In this document: positions 43,910 through 58,098 of the stretch, in pieces | How the letters are laid out: each line of letters begins with the position of its first letter | Position numbering within the stretch: position 1 is the first letter of the stretch | DNA from: Eledone cirrhosa | Lineage: Eukaryota | Assembly: GCA_964016885.1 (NCBI GenBank) | Contig: CAXHJY010000056.1 | Location: forward strand, 1-64,000 | Length of the DNA stretch: 64,000 bases | Direction: 5' to 3' | The notes under the pieces: generated by a model | The model's input: the letters and a program-made list of their open reading frames with translations, nothing else | The model's database searches: none | What the model was told of the DNA's origin: nothing | Program-made: the position numbers and the translations under genes

Positions 43910-43910
<1 letters not shown>
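43815..43910 (+). ncRNA. Decayed hammerhead, family G
   Basis: CCGACGA (core mutated), stem AAGGCAGACG/CGUCUGUCUU, GAAACC-UUU-GGUA. The downstream tail aatgaaataattatc..tgtttattacat matches the 42888 copy. Confidence 0.5.
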
Positions 43911-43947
<37 letters not shown>

Positions 43948-44075
43948 ATGTATGTATATGTGTGTGTGTGTATGTGTGTGTGTATGTATGATAGACAAGA
44001 TCTAAGCATAAACACATGACCTAAGTCAGGGATAGACAGAGTCTAAATAAACTACATCAAAATATTGGTCATTAC

Positions 44076-44153
44076 CTGCACCAGCTCGGCAAAAACTGTC
44101 CACAAGACCTTCGAATGTATCGGGTTCCTTGCATGGTTGGCATACGTTATCTT
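44076..44153 (-). CDS. SFRP: 78-nt internal exon of the same sFRP-like gene (start of NTR domain)
   Basis: Acceptor tttccttttccag and donor CAG/gtaatg. Phase 1-1. Encodes (x)DNVCQPCKEPDTFEGLVDSFCRAGA(V), the CxxC...C opening of the sFRP NTR domain, and joins in frame to the 36274 exon. Not in the ORF track. Confidence 0.85.
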
Positions 44154-44221
44154 CTGGAAAAGGAAACAAATATATAAAGGAATCAGAATTAGTGTTAATT
44201 TATACAATGGAAGGGCAGTTG

Positions 44222-44257
<36 letters not shown>

Positions 44258-44380
44258 GATATATATACGATATTATTTAATATTTAATATCGTAAATATA
44301 CTCCAAATACTTGTCGAGTGCTTTTATATCAGTTATAAATATTTACTAGTTGTAACCCAACAATTTAAATATAACTTTCC

Positions 44381-44437
<57 letters not shown>

Positions 44438-44696
44438 CTATATCTAATGTACCCTATAGCAGTTTTCACATGTCAATTTCATACATCTGTATCATATCAG
44501 TTTGTTTAACATGCTAGATTCATCATTACACTCTATTTCTTACTTATATTGATGTTATTATTTTAACTATTTGCTATCTACTTATTTTATTTTATTATTG
44601 ATATTATTGTTCTGGTTTAATACCACACCTATATAAAAGCCATATGCCTTGTGTATCTTCTTCATTTCGCGTGCTCTGATGAAAACGACTGGTTAT

Positions 44697-44771
44697 AAAC
44701 AAAGGGGAGTGCTAAACTCTGATGATTACCAACAGTATGAAACAGTTCTGTCAGTTTATCTCCCTTTGTTT
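44697..44771 (+). ncRNA. Type I hammerhead ribozyme with extended stem I (family H)
   Basis: UAAACU-CUGAUGA-U-UAC-CAACA-GUA-U-GAAACAG-UU-CUGUC^AGUUUA. Outer stem AAACAAAGGG/CCCUUUGUUU. GUC triplet. Confidence 0.8.
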
Positions 44772-44942
44772 GTTGAAAAAAGAAGTAAGTGACATAGTCA
44801 CTACTTTAAAATAATAGCGCAAGGTCTTCAAAATGTTTTAATTAAGCATACAGTGTATTGCGATGTATACATGAATATATATATAGTATATTTGGCAATA
44901 CACAGTATGCTTAATTAAAACATTTTGAAGACCTTGCGCTAT

Positions 44943-45726
<784 letters not shown>

Positions 45727-45942
45727 TATATATATTTGTCGTCAAGTATGAAATTTGTAGTAAAAAACACATGCCTCTCTACAAATTTCATAGTTGACGA
45801 CCCAATATATATATGTATATATACTCTTTTACTCTTTTACCTGTTCCCGTCACCCCGCTGAGGCCATACTGGAGCACCGCCTATGTATATATATAGGCGG
45901 GGGGGGGGGGAGTACGGTAAAATACTGGTGTTTTATCACATC

Positions 45943-46034
45943 ACCAGTCTGACGAGTAGATCAATACTGGAGTCGTGTCCGTAACTCCTATGGGTTACCT
46001 TGAGCCAATCCTCTGCGAAACGCGCGTAACAGGT
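45943..46034 (+). ncRNA. Type I hammerhead ribozyme, family D (PLE-type palindromic stem III)
   Basis: ACCAGU-CUGACGA-GUAGA..UCUGC-GAAACGCGCGUA^ACAGGU, followed by AATAAA at ~46043. Confidence 0.8.
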
Positions 46035-46208
46035 AGATACACAATAAACATTTTTTATGTGTGCACGAAACTTCTTTTATTTTCTATTATATATATAAGC
46101 CATCTCTATGTTAAACATTATATACTCTACTATGTATTGAGTACCTTACTGTGGTTATCCCCGATTGAACCCACGATATACATATATATTATACACACAC
46201 ACACACAC

Positions 46209-46249
<41 letters not shown>

Positions 46250-46480
46250 GAAGGATCGACTTTCGTCAAATCGGACCGAGGAAACAATGTTTCCATTGGT
46301 CTTTCCAATTGCTGATACTATCTATCGGTCGCAACTCCAGGTAGAAGGAGCAATGTGAACTAAAGTGTCTTGCTCAAGGACATAATGCATCACCCGGTCC
46401 AGGAATCGAACTCACAACCTCACGATTGCGAATTCAATTCTCTAATCACTCAGCATATATATATATATATATATATATGT

Positions 46481-46600
46481 AGAAGTAGGTGGATTTTTCT
46501 TGGCTTTGAAGATGATATCGAAGTTGGATTTATTTGTTTTTTCATCTGATTTTCTATCGAAATGGAAGGCACGCCATCTAAGTCTTCTTATTTAGCTCCT
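46481..46600 (-). mobile_element. Fragment of a Penelope-like element ORF (N-terminal to RT)
   Basis: Minus strand translates IRRLRWRAFHFDRKSDEKTNKSNFDIIFKAKKNPPTS, resembling the I.RMRWKA.FF...FKS.K.PP motif recalled from PLE polyproteins. Confidence 0.55.
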
Positions 46601-46652
46601 TTATTGTTGAGCACTTTAAATTATAATTATATATTTATATATATATATATAT

Positions 46653-47263
46653 CTGGTAGAGAATGTTGGCGGGAAGCCGCTAGAATTGGTTGAGGGCTTC
46701 CTGTATTTGGGAGCAAAGATTGGGAATACGGAAGATGATGTGGTTGAGAGGAAGAGCAAGGCCTGGGCGGCGTGCCACAGCTTGAGATCGGTGTGGAAGT
46801 CGGACCTTCGTAGAGACCTGAAAATCCGCCTCTTCATTGCTGTAGTGGAGTCGGTGCTGCTGTATGGGTGTGAGACTTGGACACTGACCAAGAAACTCAC
46901 TCAGATGGTGGATGGGTGCTACACGAGAATGCTGAGGATGGCTCTGAACGTTAATCAGTATACACTGAGGATGAAAAACTCAGAGCTGTATGGGAGCCTC
47001 CCAAAAGTCAGCTCAAAAGTGACACAGAGGAGACTGAGGTTAGCTGGACATGCTCACCGACATCCAGAGTTGACATTGCACTCAGTGCTCCTTTGGGAGC
47101 CCCTATATGGACACACTGGAAGAGGAAGACCAAGGTTAACGTATGTTGATGCCCTAAGGACAGACACTGGTCTGTTGGAGACGCAGGACATGGCAGCGAT
47201 AATGAGGGACAGGGACCGCTGGAGAGAACTCGTCCATGGATCTCGGGAATTTTACCCGCCTTA

Positions 47264-47264
<1 letters not shown>
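46653..47264 (+). mobile_element. 5'-truncated RTE-type LINE, C-terminal ORF region
   Basis: Uninterrupted ORF with FLYLG, KIRLFIAVVESVLLYGCETWTLT, RRLRLAGH, GRGRPRLTY and DRDRWR motifs. Inserted in (TA)n. Confidence 0.88.
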
Positions 47265-47313
<49 letters not shown>

Positions 47314-47544
47314 ATATATATATATATATGCTGGCGTATTGGCAGAGTCGTTTTAGTTCCGGCTCTCTCCTCTCTGAGTTCAAATCCCCGCCAAGATAAA
47401 CTATATGTTGCATATTTTTGAGAAGATCGATAAGAGAAGTAACCAGTCTAATACTATCCTTCTTCTATATCTCTCTCTCACTCCCTCCTCTCTCTCAATC
47501 TTACCCTCTTGTCTCTCTCTCTCTCTCTCTCTCCCTCTCTCTCT

Positions 47545-47712
47545 CTCTCTGGAAGAAATCGGCCGTGTTCAGACTTGGGAGAGGCGATGAGTTCCACCAG
47601 ATTTTCAAAACACCTAAGACATGCCGTATGCCATTACAGCACCGCTGTGTCACCCATGTGGCACCCATGTGGCGCCCTTGTGGCACCGCTAAGACTCCAT
47701 CAGGAGTTACAC
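47545..47712 (+). repeat. Unclassified interspersed repeat
   Basis: tgttcagacttgggagag..aagaca..gtatg..gagttaca. Related minus-strand copies at ~23490-23620, ~23700-23800 and ~57855-57915. Confidence 0.55.
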
Positions 47713-48828
47713 GATTTAAAAAAAGGAAAATAGCGGAATTAATCTCATATACTATATTTCAAATGAAATAGATTACACAGAATTTTTAATTGATCTTCAT
47801 TAAATTTCCAATTAAATATCAATTAATTTTCAATTAAATTTCATTTAAATTACAATTGATACAATTAAATTTCAATTAAATAAAATTGATATTCAATTAA
47901 TTCCATAAATTTCCAATTATTTTAAATTGATATCTATTAATTTTCAATTAAATTCCAATTAATTTCCCATTAAATTTCAATTAGTTTTCAATTAATTTTC
48001 ATTTTCCCCCATTTAAATTATAATTGATATTCAATTCAATTCGAGTTAAATTCCATTAAATTTCCAATTAAATTTTAATTATTCTAAATTGATATTCTAT
48101 TACTTTTCAATTAAATTTCAATTAATTTTCAATTATTTCCCCATTAATTTTCAAAATAATCAAAAAGTTATAGAAACTTTTAATAATATAACCTTTTTTT
48201 TAAAAAGCTGGTGACCGCCTGGTTTATATATAGAAAGGGGGAGGAGTGGCTGCTGTAGAGATATCTTTATGTAAGATGTTTAGCTTTAAATGAAGCCAGG
48301 GGTGAGGAAGGTTCCAGTCGTGACCATCGCATCGCGTGTTTTTTTCTTTTTTTTTGTTGTCTATCATTGGTCAATGTATGTCGTCGTTGTTTAGAAGAAG
48401 TAGTAGGAGGAGGAGGAGAAGGAGAAGAAGGAGATGATGGAGAAGAAGAAGAAGAAGAAGAAGAAGAAGGAAAAGGTGAAGAAGAAAAGGAAGTATAAGG
48501 CAAAGAAGAAGAATAAGGGAACACTGCCTCCACTACTACTACTACTACTACCACTACTCACCACAACCACTAGCAACACCACCACCCCACACACCACCAC
48601 CACCACCACCCACACACCACCCCCACCGCTCCGACTTCGGTGACACACACACCTCCCTTCTACTCCCCCCCCGGTTGTTTTAATGAGGGTTGTCATGGCA
48701 GGGGGGCCCATCAGACCGATGTAGGGGGTTTTTCTGACACGTTTAGAGGAGGGAAGGGCAGGGAAGGACTTTATTTTTGGCATCTTGGTCGACATTTCTA
48801 AACGAAAGTGAGGGGGGGGGACTGTGAC

Positions 48829-48874
<46 letters not shown>

Positions 48875-48980
48875 CATATATATATATATACATATATATA
48901 CATATATATATATGTATATATATATATACACACTCGTACGTATGTACTTACAAACATATATACACATGTAGGTATGTACA

Positions 48981-49073
<93 letters not shown>

Positions 49074-49162
49074 ATATGTATATATATATATATACTATAT
49101 TATACAAATATATATATATAATATAATATATTATATATATATATATACATATATACGCATAA

Positions 49163-49261
<99 letters not shown>

Positions 49262-49705
49262 TACACGTGTGGTGTGTGTATGCAAAAGGTGGTGAGAAAG
49301 ATATTTAATTAAAAGAGGCTCTAGACAGTGGTAGCAGAAATAGAATTCTTACGACGGGATTTCTTTGTTTTTATTAAACATACATTTACATTCATTCTGA
49401 AAATATATACATCACACTCCCCACTGTCACCCTTTCTGTGTATATATACATACAGACACACACATATATATCTATTTATGTACACAACAACACATATATA
49501 TGTGTGTATGTGTGTGTTTGTGCATAGAACAATTAAAAAATATACAGACGTCAGGTGTAGGTAGATAGTTAGTCCATTGATTTACGATCGTTTCCGAGGG
49601 TCGGTTAATTGATAAAGATCGTTGTATCGATTTATATGGTAGTGGTTAAGATACTACCTATTTCTAGCCTCGAAATCCCTGTTCAATAGGCTATTTTCAT
49701 CAGAA

Positions 49706-49771
<66 letters not shown>

Positions 49772-49796
49772 GAAAATGTTCAAGACCTCTCCTTCG

Positions 49797-49852
<56 letters not shown>

Positions 49853-51077
49853 TACAGAATAATCAAAACTATGTTCAAAACATGCTGGCAATCGTTTCTT
49901 CCAAACTTTCGTTTGGAATCGTCGGAGCACTAGCAAAGTTTAGACATATAATTAACCTCCTATTCCACAGAACAATCGTAAAGATACGTAGATGTGTAGA
50001 TGTTAGTGATGTCATTAACAGTGTCATATTTAAAGAGTGAAGATGATGTGGTCAGTATCAGTGGATGCGACAAAGATTATAAAAGAATAATACAACAATT
50101 ATAGAGGAATTAAAGAAGAAAGTTACTCGCAAAATGAGGACTTTAGCAGTACATATGCAAACATAGAAAGAGTGCAGATGTGTTAGGCATGTACAGAATA
50201 ACCAGGTAAGAAACAAGCAATGGTACTAAGCATATATATCACAGTATGGCAAAGGTATCATATAATACAATACAGGTATAAAAGCATATTAAGCAGACAG
50301 AGAATCTTGTGTATGAAAGGCAATTTCTATGAAGTTTATGGTGGATGTAGTGTGATAATTGTTCCGGTAATCTTCAAATGTGTATGTGTTGTGAGTATTA
50401 ATATTAATACTTTCCTTTCCATTACATTGGTTAAATTTTAGTAAATGTTTATCAGTAGTTACAACTGTGGATTGTATATTGGTCCTATTACAATCTTATC
50501 AAGGGTTCGAGAACCAGATGGACCATAACGCACCAGAGTACTCAATACTTAGGGTAGTAGAGTGGGTAATAGGAAAATGTTCAAAACCCCGACGGCAGAG
50601 CTCAAGCCGTTTCAACGGCTGTTTCTGGACACACACACACACACATATATTTCATTTTCATTTTTCATTTCATGTCCACTTTTTCCCTGCTTGCAAGGGT
50701 GGGACGGGAACTGATTCTGGCTTGATTTCTACAGCTGGATGCCCTTCCTAACACCAACCTCATTTACAGTGAGTGCTGGGTGCTTTTTTGCCGTGGCACC
50801 TCCACGACCACTTTGCAGTGGAATGATAGGGACCCCAGTCCCTATCATCTCATTTCTACAGCTGAGTAATATATATAATAAATCTGGCTGCTTTGTCTAG
50901 CAGGTTTAACAACCACGTAAATACTCTCTCTCGTTGGTGAGATAACAGTGGCATCTGGTTGACATCTTTTTTAAAGATGTAAGTTCAGTTGTATCAGCAT
51001 TTTAGTAGGAAGAATGTTATTTCTCCAATATAGAAAAATGTAGGTGGATTGTTCTGTCTCATTGACACTTCTAGCAA

Positions 51078-51146
<69 letters not shown>

Positions 51147-51235
51147 ATATATTATACATACACATATATATGTATGTGTAATATATATATACTATATATA
51201 TATATATAATATATATATATATGTACATATAATAT

Positions 51236-51267
<32 letters not shown>

Positions 51268-51318
51268 ATATATATATATATATATAATATATATATATGT
51301 ACATATAATATATATATA

Positions 51319-51430
<112 letters not shown>

Positions 51431-51516
51431 TATATGTACATATAATATATATATATATTTATTTATATATATATATATATGTACATATAATATATATATA
51501 TTTATTTATATATATG

Positions 51517-51559
<43 letters not shown>

Positions 51560-51657
51560 ATATATATAATATATATATAAATGTACATATAATATATATA
51601 TATATATGGATGACAGTTACTCTGTATTGTTTATGCAATAGCATATGTTAAAAGTCC

Positions 51658-51690
<33 letters not shown>

Positions 51691-51717
51691 ACAACAACAA
51701 CACATGATAATAGCAAT

Positions 51718-51907
51718 AATTGTTTCTACTTTTGGCACAAGGCCAGAAATTATCCAGTACATTACTGGTACTTTATTTTATCGACCCCGTAAGGATGAAA
51801 GGCAAAGTTAACCTCGGCGGGATTTGAACTCAGAATGGCAAGGGCCGTAACTCTATGCGTCAAAGCATGGCGTCCGACCCTCTACCGACACTGCCAATTC
51901 ACCACCC
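51718..51907 (-). mobile_element. Full-length SINE S1
   Basis: Reverse complement of the S1 consensus. Confidence 0.87.
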
Positions 51908-54340
51908 TTATATGTGTGTGGCCGTAAGCTATAGCTTTTTTAGCTTCTAGGTAGGTCCAGCACTGACCACACACATATATATATATACACAGACGTATAG
52001 ACATACATATAGACATACATACACAGACTGACCACACACACATAGACAGACATATACATACATACACAGACTGACCACACACACATAGACAGACATACAT
52101 ACACAGACGTAGACATACATACACAGACGTAGACAGACATATAGACATACATACATACACAGACTGACCACACACACATAGACAGACATACATACATACA
52201 CAGATGTAGACAGACATACACAGACTGACCACACACACACATACATACATACATACACAGACTGACCACACACACACATACATACATACATACATACACA
52301 GTCTGTGTATGTATGTATGTCTGTCTATGTGTGTGTGTGGTCAGTCTGTGTATGTATGTATGTCTGTGTATGTCTGTCTGTGTGTATGTGGTCAGTCTGT
52401 GTATGTCTGTCTACGTCTGTGTATGTATGTATGTATGTGTGTGTATGTGGTCAGTCTGTGTATGTATGTGTATGTCTGTGTATGTCTGTCTATGTGTGTG
52501 TGGTCAGTCTGTGTATGTCTGTCTATATGCATACACAGACTGACCATACACACATAGACACACATACAGGTAAGTCCAGCACTGACCGCACACACACATA
52601 GAGACACACACAGACACACACACATATAGACACATACATAGACACACATACATAGACACACACACATAGACACACGCATAGACACACATACATATACACA
52701 CATACATAGACACACACACATATACACACATACATAGAGACACATACATAGACACACATACATATACACACACATATACACACATACATAGACACACACA
52801 CATATACACACACATATACACACACATATACACACATACATAGACACACACACATATACACACATACATAGACACACATACATAGACACACACACAGACA
52901 CACACACATAGACACACACACATATACACACATACATAGACACACACACATATACACACACACATAGAGACACACACTTAGAGACACATACATATACACA
53001 CACACATACACACATACACAGATGTTGATCATCATCGTCTACATCATCAACGTCATCACAGTCCTTAGCATCATCATCATCACCATCATTACCATTAGTA
53101 TTACCACAATCATCATCATCATCAGCAGCAGCATCACCATTATAGCACAGAGTTATGGCTCTTTACGTTCTGAGTTCGAATCCCGCCGAGGTTAGCTTTG
53201 CCTTTCATCCTTTCGGGGGGTCGACAGAATAAAGTACCAGTAATGCACCAGGGTCGATTTAATCGACTTCCCCCCGTCCCCACGATTGCTGGCCTTGTGC
53301 CTGTAGTATAAACCATCATCATCATCATCATCATAGCTTCCATAATCATTATTATTGTAGTTGTTCTAGTTGTTGCTATAGTTGTTGTACTTCTTGTTGT
53401 TATTGTTATTGTTGTTGTTGTTGTTATTGTTGTTGTTGTTGATATTGTTATTTTTGTTGTTGTTGCTATAGTTGTTGTTGTTGTTGTTGTTATTTTTATG
53501 TTGTTGTTATTGTTGTTGATATTGTTATTGTTGATGTTGTTGCTATTGTTGTTATTGTTGTTATTGTAGTTGTTGCTATTGTTATTGTTGTTGTTGTTGT
53601 TATTGTTGTTGATATCGTTATTGTTGTTATTGTTGTTGTTGCTATTGTTATTGTTGTTGTTGTTGTTATTGTTGTTGCTATTTTTGTCGTTGTTGTTGAT
53701 ATTGTTGTTATTGTAGTTGTTGCTATTGTTATTGTTGTTGTTGTTGCTATTGTTGTTGATATTGTTATTGTTGTTATTGTAGTTGTTGCTATTGTTATTG
53801 TTGTTGTTGTTGCTATTTTTGTGGTTGTTGTTGATATTGTTATTGTTGTTGCTATTGTTGTAGTACTTGTTGCTATTTTTGTTATTGTTGTTGCTATTGC
53901 TATTGTTGTTGTTGTTGTCCCCTCTTTCCCGGTTTATCAACCCCTTCACCTACCCCCGGAGCCAGTAGCTGTGACCTGGGCTAGAAGGTAAATGAGTGGA
54001 GTACTTACTACTTTTAGCTTACCTGTATAAGGTGTGGGGGGAGGTGAGGTGGAATGCCATAAAAGGTCATTATTTACAGGTAGAAATACACAGTCTGTAC
54101 GTTTGTATATATACATACTTATATATATATATATACATGTATACACACACACACACACACATATATATATATGCAAAAGTTCTATTTAAAATTGTTGGGA
54201 TACAACAAGTAAATATTTTATAACTGATATAAAGCACTCGACAAGTTTTTGGAGTAGATATACAGATAGACAGCTTCCAAAAATAATGGTTGCATCTAAT
54301 AGGGTACGTCAAAATTATTTATAAAACTGTTTATATATTG

Positions 54341-54405
54341 TATTTTGTCTGATGAAGGCATACCATATTTTAATTTGGTATCCCTGAAATATGTATAATG
54401 AAATA
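54341..54405 (+). ncRNA. Type I hammerhead ribozyme, family B
   Basis: UAUUUUGU-CUGAUGA-AGGCAUACCA..UGGUAUCCCU-GAA-AUAUGUAU-A^AUGAAAUA. Confidence 0.68.
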
Positions 54406-54445
54406 AATATGGTTTTATAAATATAGTTTCCATTTATTTAATATC

Positions 54446-54496
<51 letters not shown>

Positions 54497-54711
54497 CTCC
54501 TATATATATATATCACCTCCTCACTATTTCTCTCTCCCATATCTCTCTGTGTTTTTCTTTACATACATTTCTTCCTTTTCTCCGTCTTTCTTTCTAACTG
54601 TGCTTAACACTAAATATTTATAAACATTTCACTACCAAACCAACTTCTTAAATGGAAGTTGATCAATATTTATGGTACGTCAAATTTATTTATAAAACTG
54701 CTTATATATTG

Positions 54712-54777
54712 TATTTTATCTGAAGAAGGCATGCCATATTTTTAATATGGTATCCCTGAAATATGTATAATGAAATA
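54712..54777 (+). ncRNA. Type I hammerhead ribozyme, family B (direct tandem partner of 54341)
   Basis: UAUUUUAU-CUGAAGA-AGGCAUGCCAUAU..AUAUGGUAUCCCU-GAA-AUAUGUAU-A^AUGAAAUA. Confidence 0.68.
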
Positions 54778-55137
54778 AATATGGTTTTATAAATATAGTT
54801 TCCATTTGTTTAATATCGTATATCTACTCCAAAACTTGTTGAGTGCTTTATATCAGTTATAAAATATTTACTCGTTGTAACCCAACAATTTTAAATAAAA
54901 CCTTTGCATATATATATACGTTTTTCGAAATATTTACTTCTGCGTTCACAGATTGATTTTTTTTTTTTAGTTTCAGAAGACCCCGTTAAGGGTGAAAGCA
55001 ACGATTCTTTGCATAAACTTTAATCTGTTATTTTAATAAATATTTGCTCTATGGTTTTATATATTATGATATATATATTATCCTTATCGACCCCTCTTCG
55101 GACTTTAGTCTTCACATTATTATTACTTATGGCATAA

Positions 55138-55328
55138 GGCGGTGGATTGGCAGTATCGGTAGAGGGTCGGACGCCGTGCTTTGACGCATAGAGTTACGGT
55201 CCTTGCCGTTCTGAGTTCAAATCCCGCCGAGGTTTACTTTGCCTTTCATCCTTACGGGGTCGATAAAATAAAGTACCAGTAATGCACTGGGTAATTGCTG
55301 GCCTTGTGCCAAAAGTAGAAACAATTAT
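55138..55328 (+). mobile_element. Full-length SINE S1
   Basis: Same consensus as 58099, with an (ATT)n tail. Confidence 0.88.
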
Positions 55329-55496
55329 TATTACTATATATATATACACACACACACACACATATACATATATACGTAAACACATACACAAACACACACA
55401 TGTATATATAACTATATATATCAGTATATGATTGACGGTTGAGAGAAAGGAGTACTCAATACCGAAGAAGAGTTTTAATATTCATTTTATTAAGGT

Positions 55497-55608
55497 TAAA
55501 TAGTGAGTCTTGTTACTCTGGAGTTTCGTCTGTGTATCACAGGACTATCATGCCTGATGACCCTGTGATAAACAGGCGAAACTCCGGAGTAACAAGACTC
55601 ACTATTTA
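55497..55608 (+). ncRNA. Hammerhead (family I) preceded by an inverted copy of its 3' half
   Basis: CUGAUGA(55554)-C-CCUGU-GAUAA-ACAGG-C-GAAACUCCGGAGUA^ACAAGA. Palindromic stem III; stem I 4/6 paired. 55497-55543 is the inverted copy. Confidence 0.62.
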
Positions 55609-56013
55609 GCCTGGAAGATAGAAAAAAACTTACCTCAACACTTAATTTTAAATCTTTAATTTTTAGTTTATAATCCTTAATTCTTTTTAATATTTTTTAA
55701 TACTCAACATTTGATAAGATGAATTTTCCTAATACATCGAAACCGGTTATACTTTATAATATATTCTATATACTCTATATACTTTATATACTTTATATAC
55801 TTTATAAAACTCTTTTTTTAAAAGAATTGTTCCTCTCATTTTTTCAATAATGTCACTTTGACGAATCAAAGAAAGGAAAAAAGGAAAAACATTAAACGTT
55901 AAATATATTTTCCGTGCTATTTCCAATTCCACTTTTTCTCTATAACCATTGTTTTGTATAGAACCTTATTTCCCTTTTCTAATATATATATATATATATA
56001 TAGTTTTAATATA

Positions 56014-56072
56014 GATGAGATTCTACAGGACTAGAACTGTTTCATTCTTTAGAAATCATCAGGAATCTCATC
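56014..56072 (-). ncRNA. Type I hammerhead ribozyme, family C, complete with 10-bp stem I
   Basis: Minus: GAUGAGAUUC-CUGAUGA-U-UUC-UAAA-GAA-U-GAAACAG-UUCUAGUC-CUGUA^GAAUCUCAUC. An inverted, 5'-truncated twin lies at 56071-56121 (+). Confidence 0.82.
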
Positions 56073-56202
56073 CTGATGATTTCTAAAGAATGAAACAGTT
56101 CTAGTCCTGTAGAATCTCATCTATATTAAAACTTTTATATTCTGCTATGTATTGAGTACCTTACTTACTGTGGTTACCTCCGATTCAACCCGGAATAACG
56201 TA

Positions 56203-56259
<57 letters not shown>

Positions 56260-56400
56260 CTGTCTGTGCATGTCTGTCTGTGTGAGTCCCGGATTCAATC
56301 GAGGGTAACCACAGTAAATAAGGTACTCAATATATTAGTAGAGTGTATATATATTATACACACACACACACACACACACATATATGTATATATATATATG

Positions 56401-56437
<37 letters not shown>

Positions 56438-56899
56438 CCACTCCTCTCATCCACTCATCCATTCACTGAAAACATTCATTTTTGTATGATACACACCCAT
56501 TTGGTGTTGGTGTAACGGTGGGTGGGTCGGGTACATTGAAAAGGAAAGGGTTAATTTGTAGAATAAGCGATAAATACAAAAGGCACAGCGGACCATGTAG
56601 AAGCGATTTAAACCAACCCTAACCCGACCTCATGTTTTGGGGCTCTGCTCACCCTTTGTCCACCCCATACTGTGCTGGTGTTCCCGTGTCAAGCGAATCC
56701 CTTAAGTTCGTTGAAAATCAACCAACCGTGAGATTCCCAGTTTTTCTTATTTATATATTTATTTGTTTGTTTGTTTGTTTAGTGTGTAGCGTTTTGTTTA
56801 GGGACTACATTGTATTGTTGTAGTAGTAGTGGTGGTGGTAGTGGCGGTAGTAGTGGTGGTGGTAGTGGTTGGTGGTGGTGGTAGTAGTGGTGGTAGTAC

Positions 56900-56948
<49 letters not shown>

Positions 56949-57219
56949 GGTGGTGGTAGTACTAGTAGTGGTGGTGATAGTAGTAGTACTGGTGGTGGTG
57001 GGAGTAGTAGTAGTGGTGGTGGTGGTGGTTGGTGGTGGTGGTAGTACTAGTAGTGGTGGTGGTGGTGGGAGTAGTAGTAGTAGTAGTAGTGGTGGTGGTG
57101 GTTGTGGTGATTGTTGTTGTCATAGTGGTTGTTTTTGTTGAGGTTTTGTAGTAGTAGTAGTAGTAGTAGTAGCAGTATTGGTGGTAGTAGTAGTAGTTGT
57201 AGTGGTGGTGGTGGTCGCG

Positions 57220-57263
<44 letters not shown>

Positions 57264-58098
57264 GGTCGCGGTAGTAGTTTAGATTTACAAGGAAAAAGTG
57301 AGTAATGCACTGAATGGTGTAAGAGGTGGTGTGGGTGTCAGGGTGTTGGTGTAGAGAGAGCTATGTTAGTGACAGGGTGGGTGGTAACATACGGGGTGGG
57401 TGAACGTGAAAAGCCAAGGACGAGATGACCAAGGGACAAATGTTCCCTCATTCTTCCGTTCCAGAATAACTAACACAAAGTTTATCTATTTATATGAATC
57501 CGTGAGGTGGGGTGGCTGATGCAGCGGGTGTTGCTGGCTATTGTTCGCGGAAATGCTTTTGCGGTCTTTTCCGCAGCGCCCTAGGCCCAGAGCCCCTCCC
57601 CCTCCTATTCTTATGTGACCCTAAAGCACTGGCCTTTCCTTTCATTTTTCGCTTTTAAATATCTTTAGTGTTGTTGTTATTTGAAATTGATTTGTTTACG
57701 ATTTTTAAAAAAATTTATTAATAAAACATATTTTACAATTTGTAAATTTTTTTATATTTACAAAAGACACACACAAAAAAAAAACAATTAATGGTGTGGT
57801 GGTGGTGGTGGTGGTGGGGATAAACTCAACACCTTTGATTGGTGTTTCTTGGGCATTTAAAGCCAGGTGGAGCCCATCCCTCTCCAGGCCTGAGTACAGA
57901 AGATTTCTTCCAGAGAAAGATAGAAAGAGAGAAAGAGAGGAAATGTGAAATATCTATAGAGGAAGAATTGATCCCAGTACTTGACTGTTGGTGCTTTTAA
58001 GTTAGACCTGGCCTGGGCGAATACTGGCCAAACCCTATATATATTCCAACTCGTGTGCCCCTTCTCCACATTTTATAATTATTATTTACTCCCACACG

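Noticed and set aside
49575-49708. Minus-strand CUGAUGA ... GAAACGAUCGUA hammerhead
   Set aside because: The palindromic stem III is suggestive, but stems I and II do not pair adjacent to the core. At best a decayed relic.
55705-55932. Decayed HHR (TTGATAA-GATG..CATC-GAAACCGGT) and a possible GIY-YIG-like peptide on the minus strand
   Set aside because: The core has two substitutions and no stem I, and the peptide similarity is too weak to call by eye.
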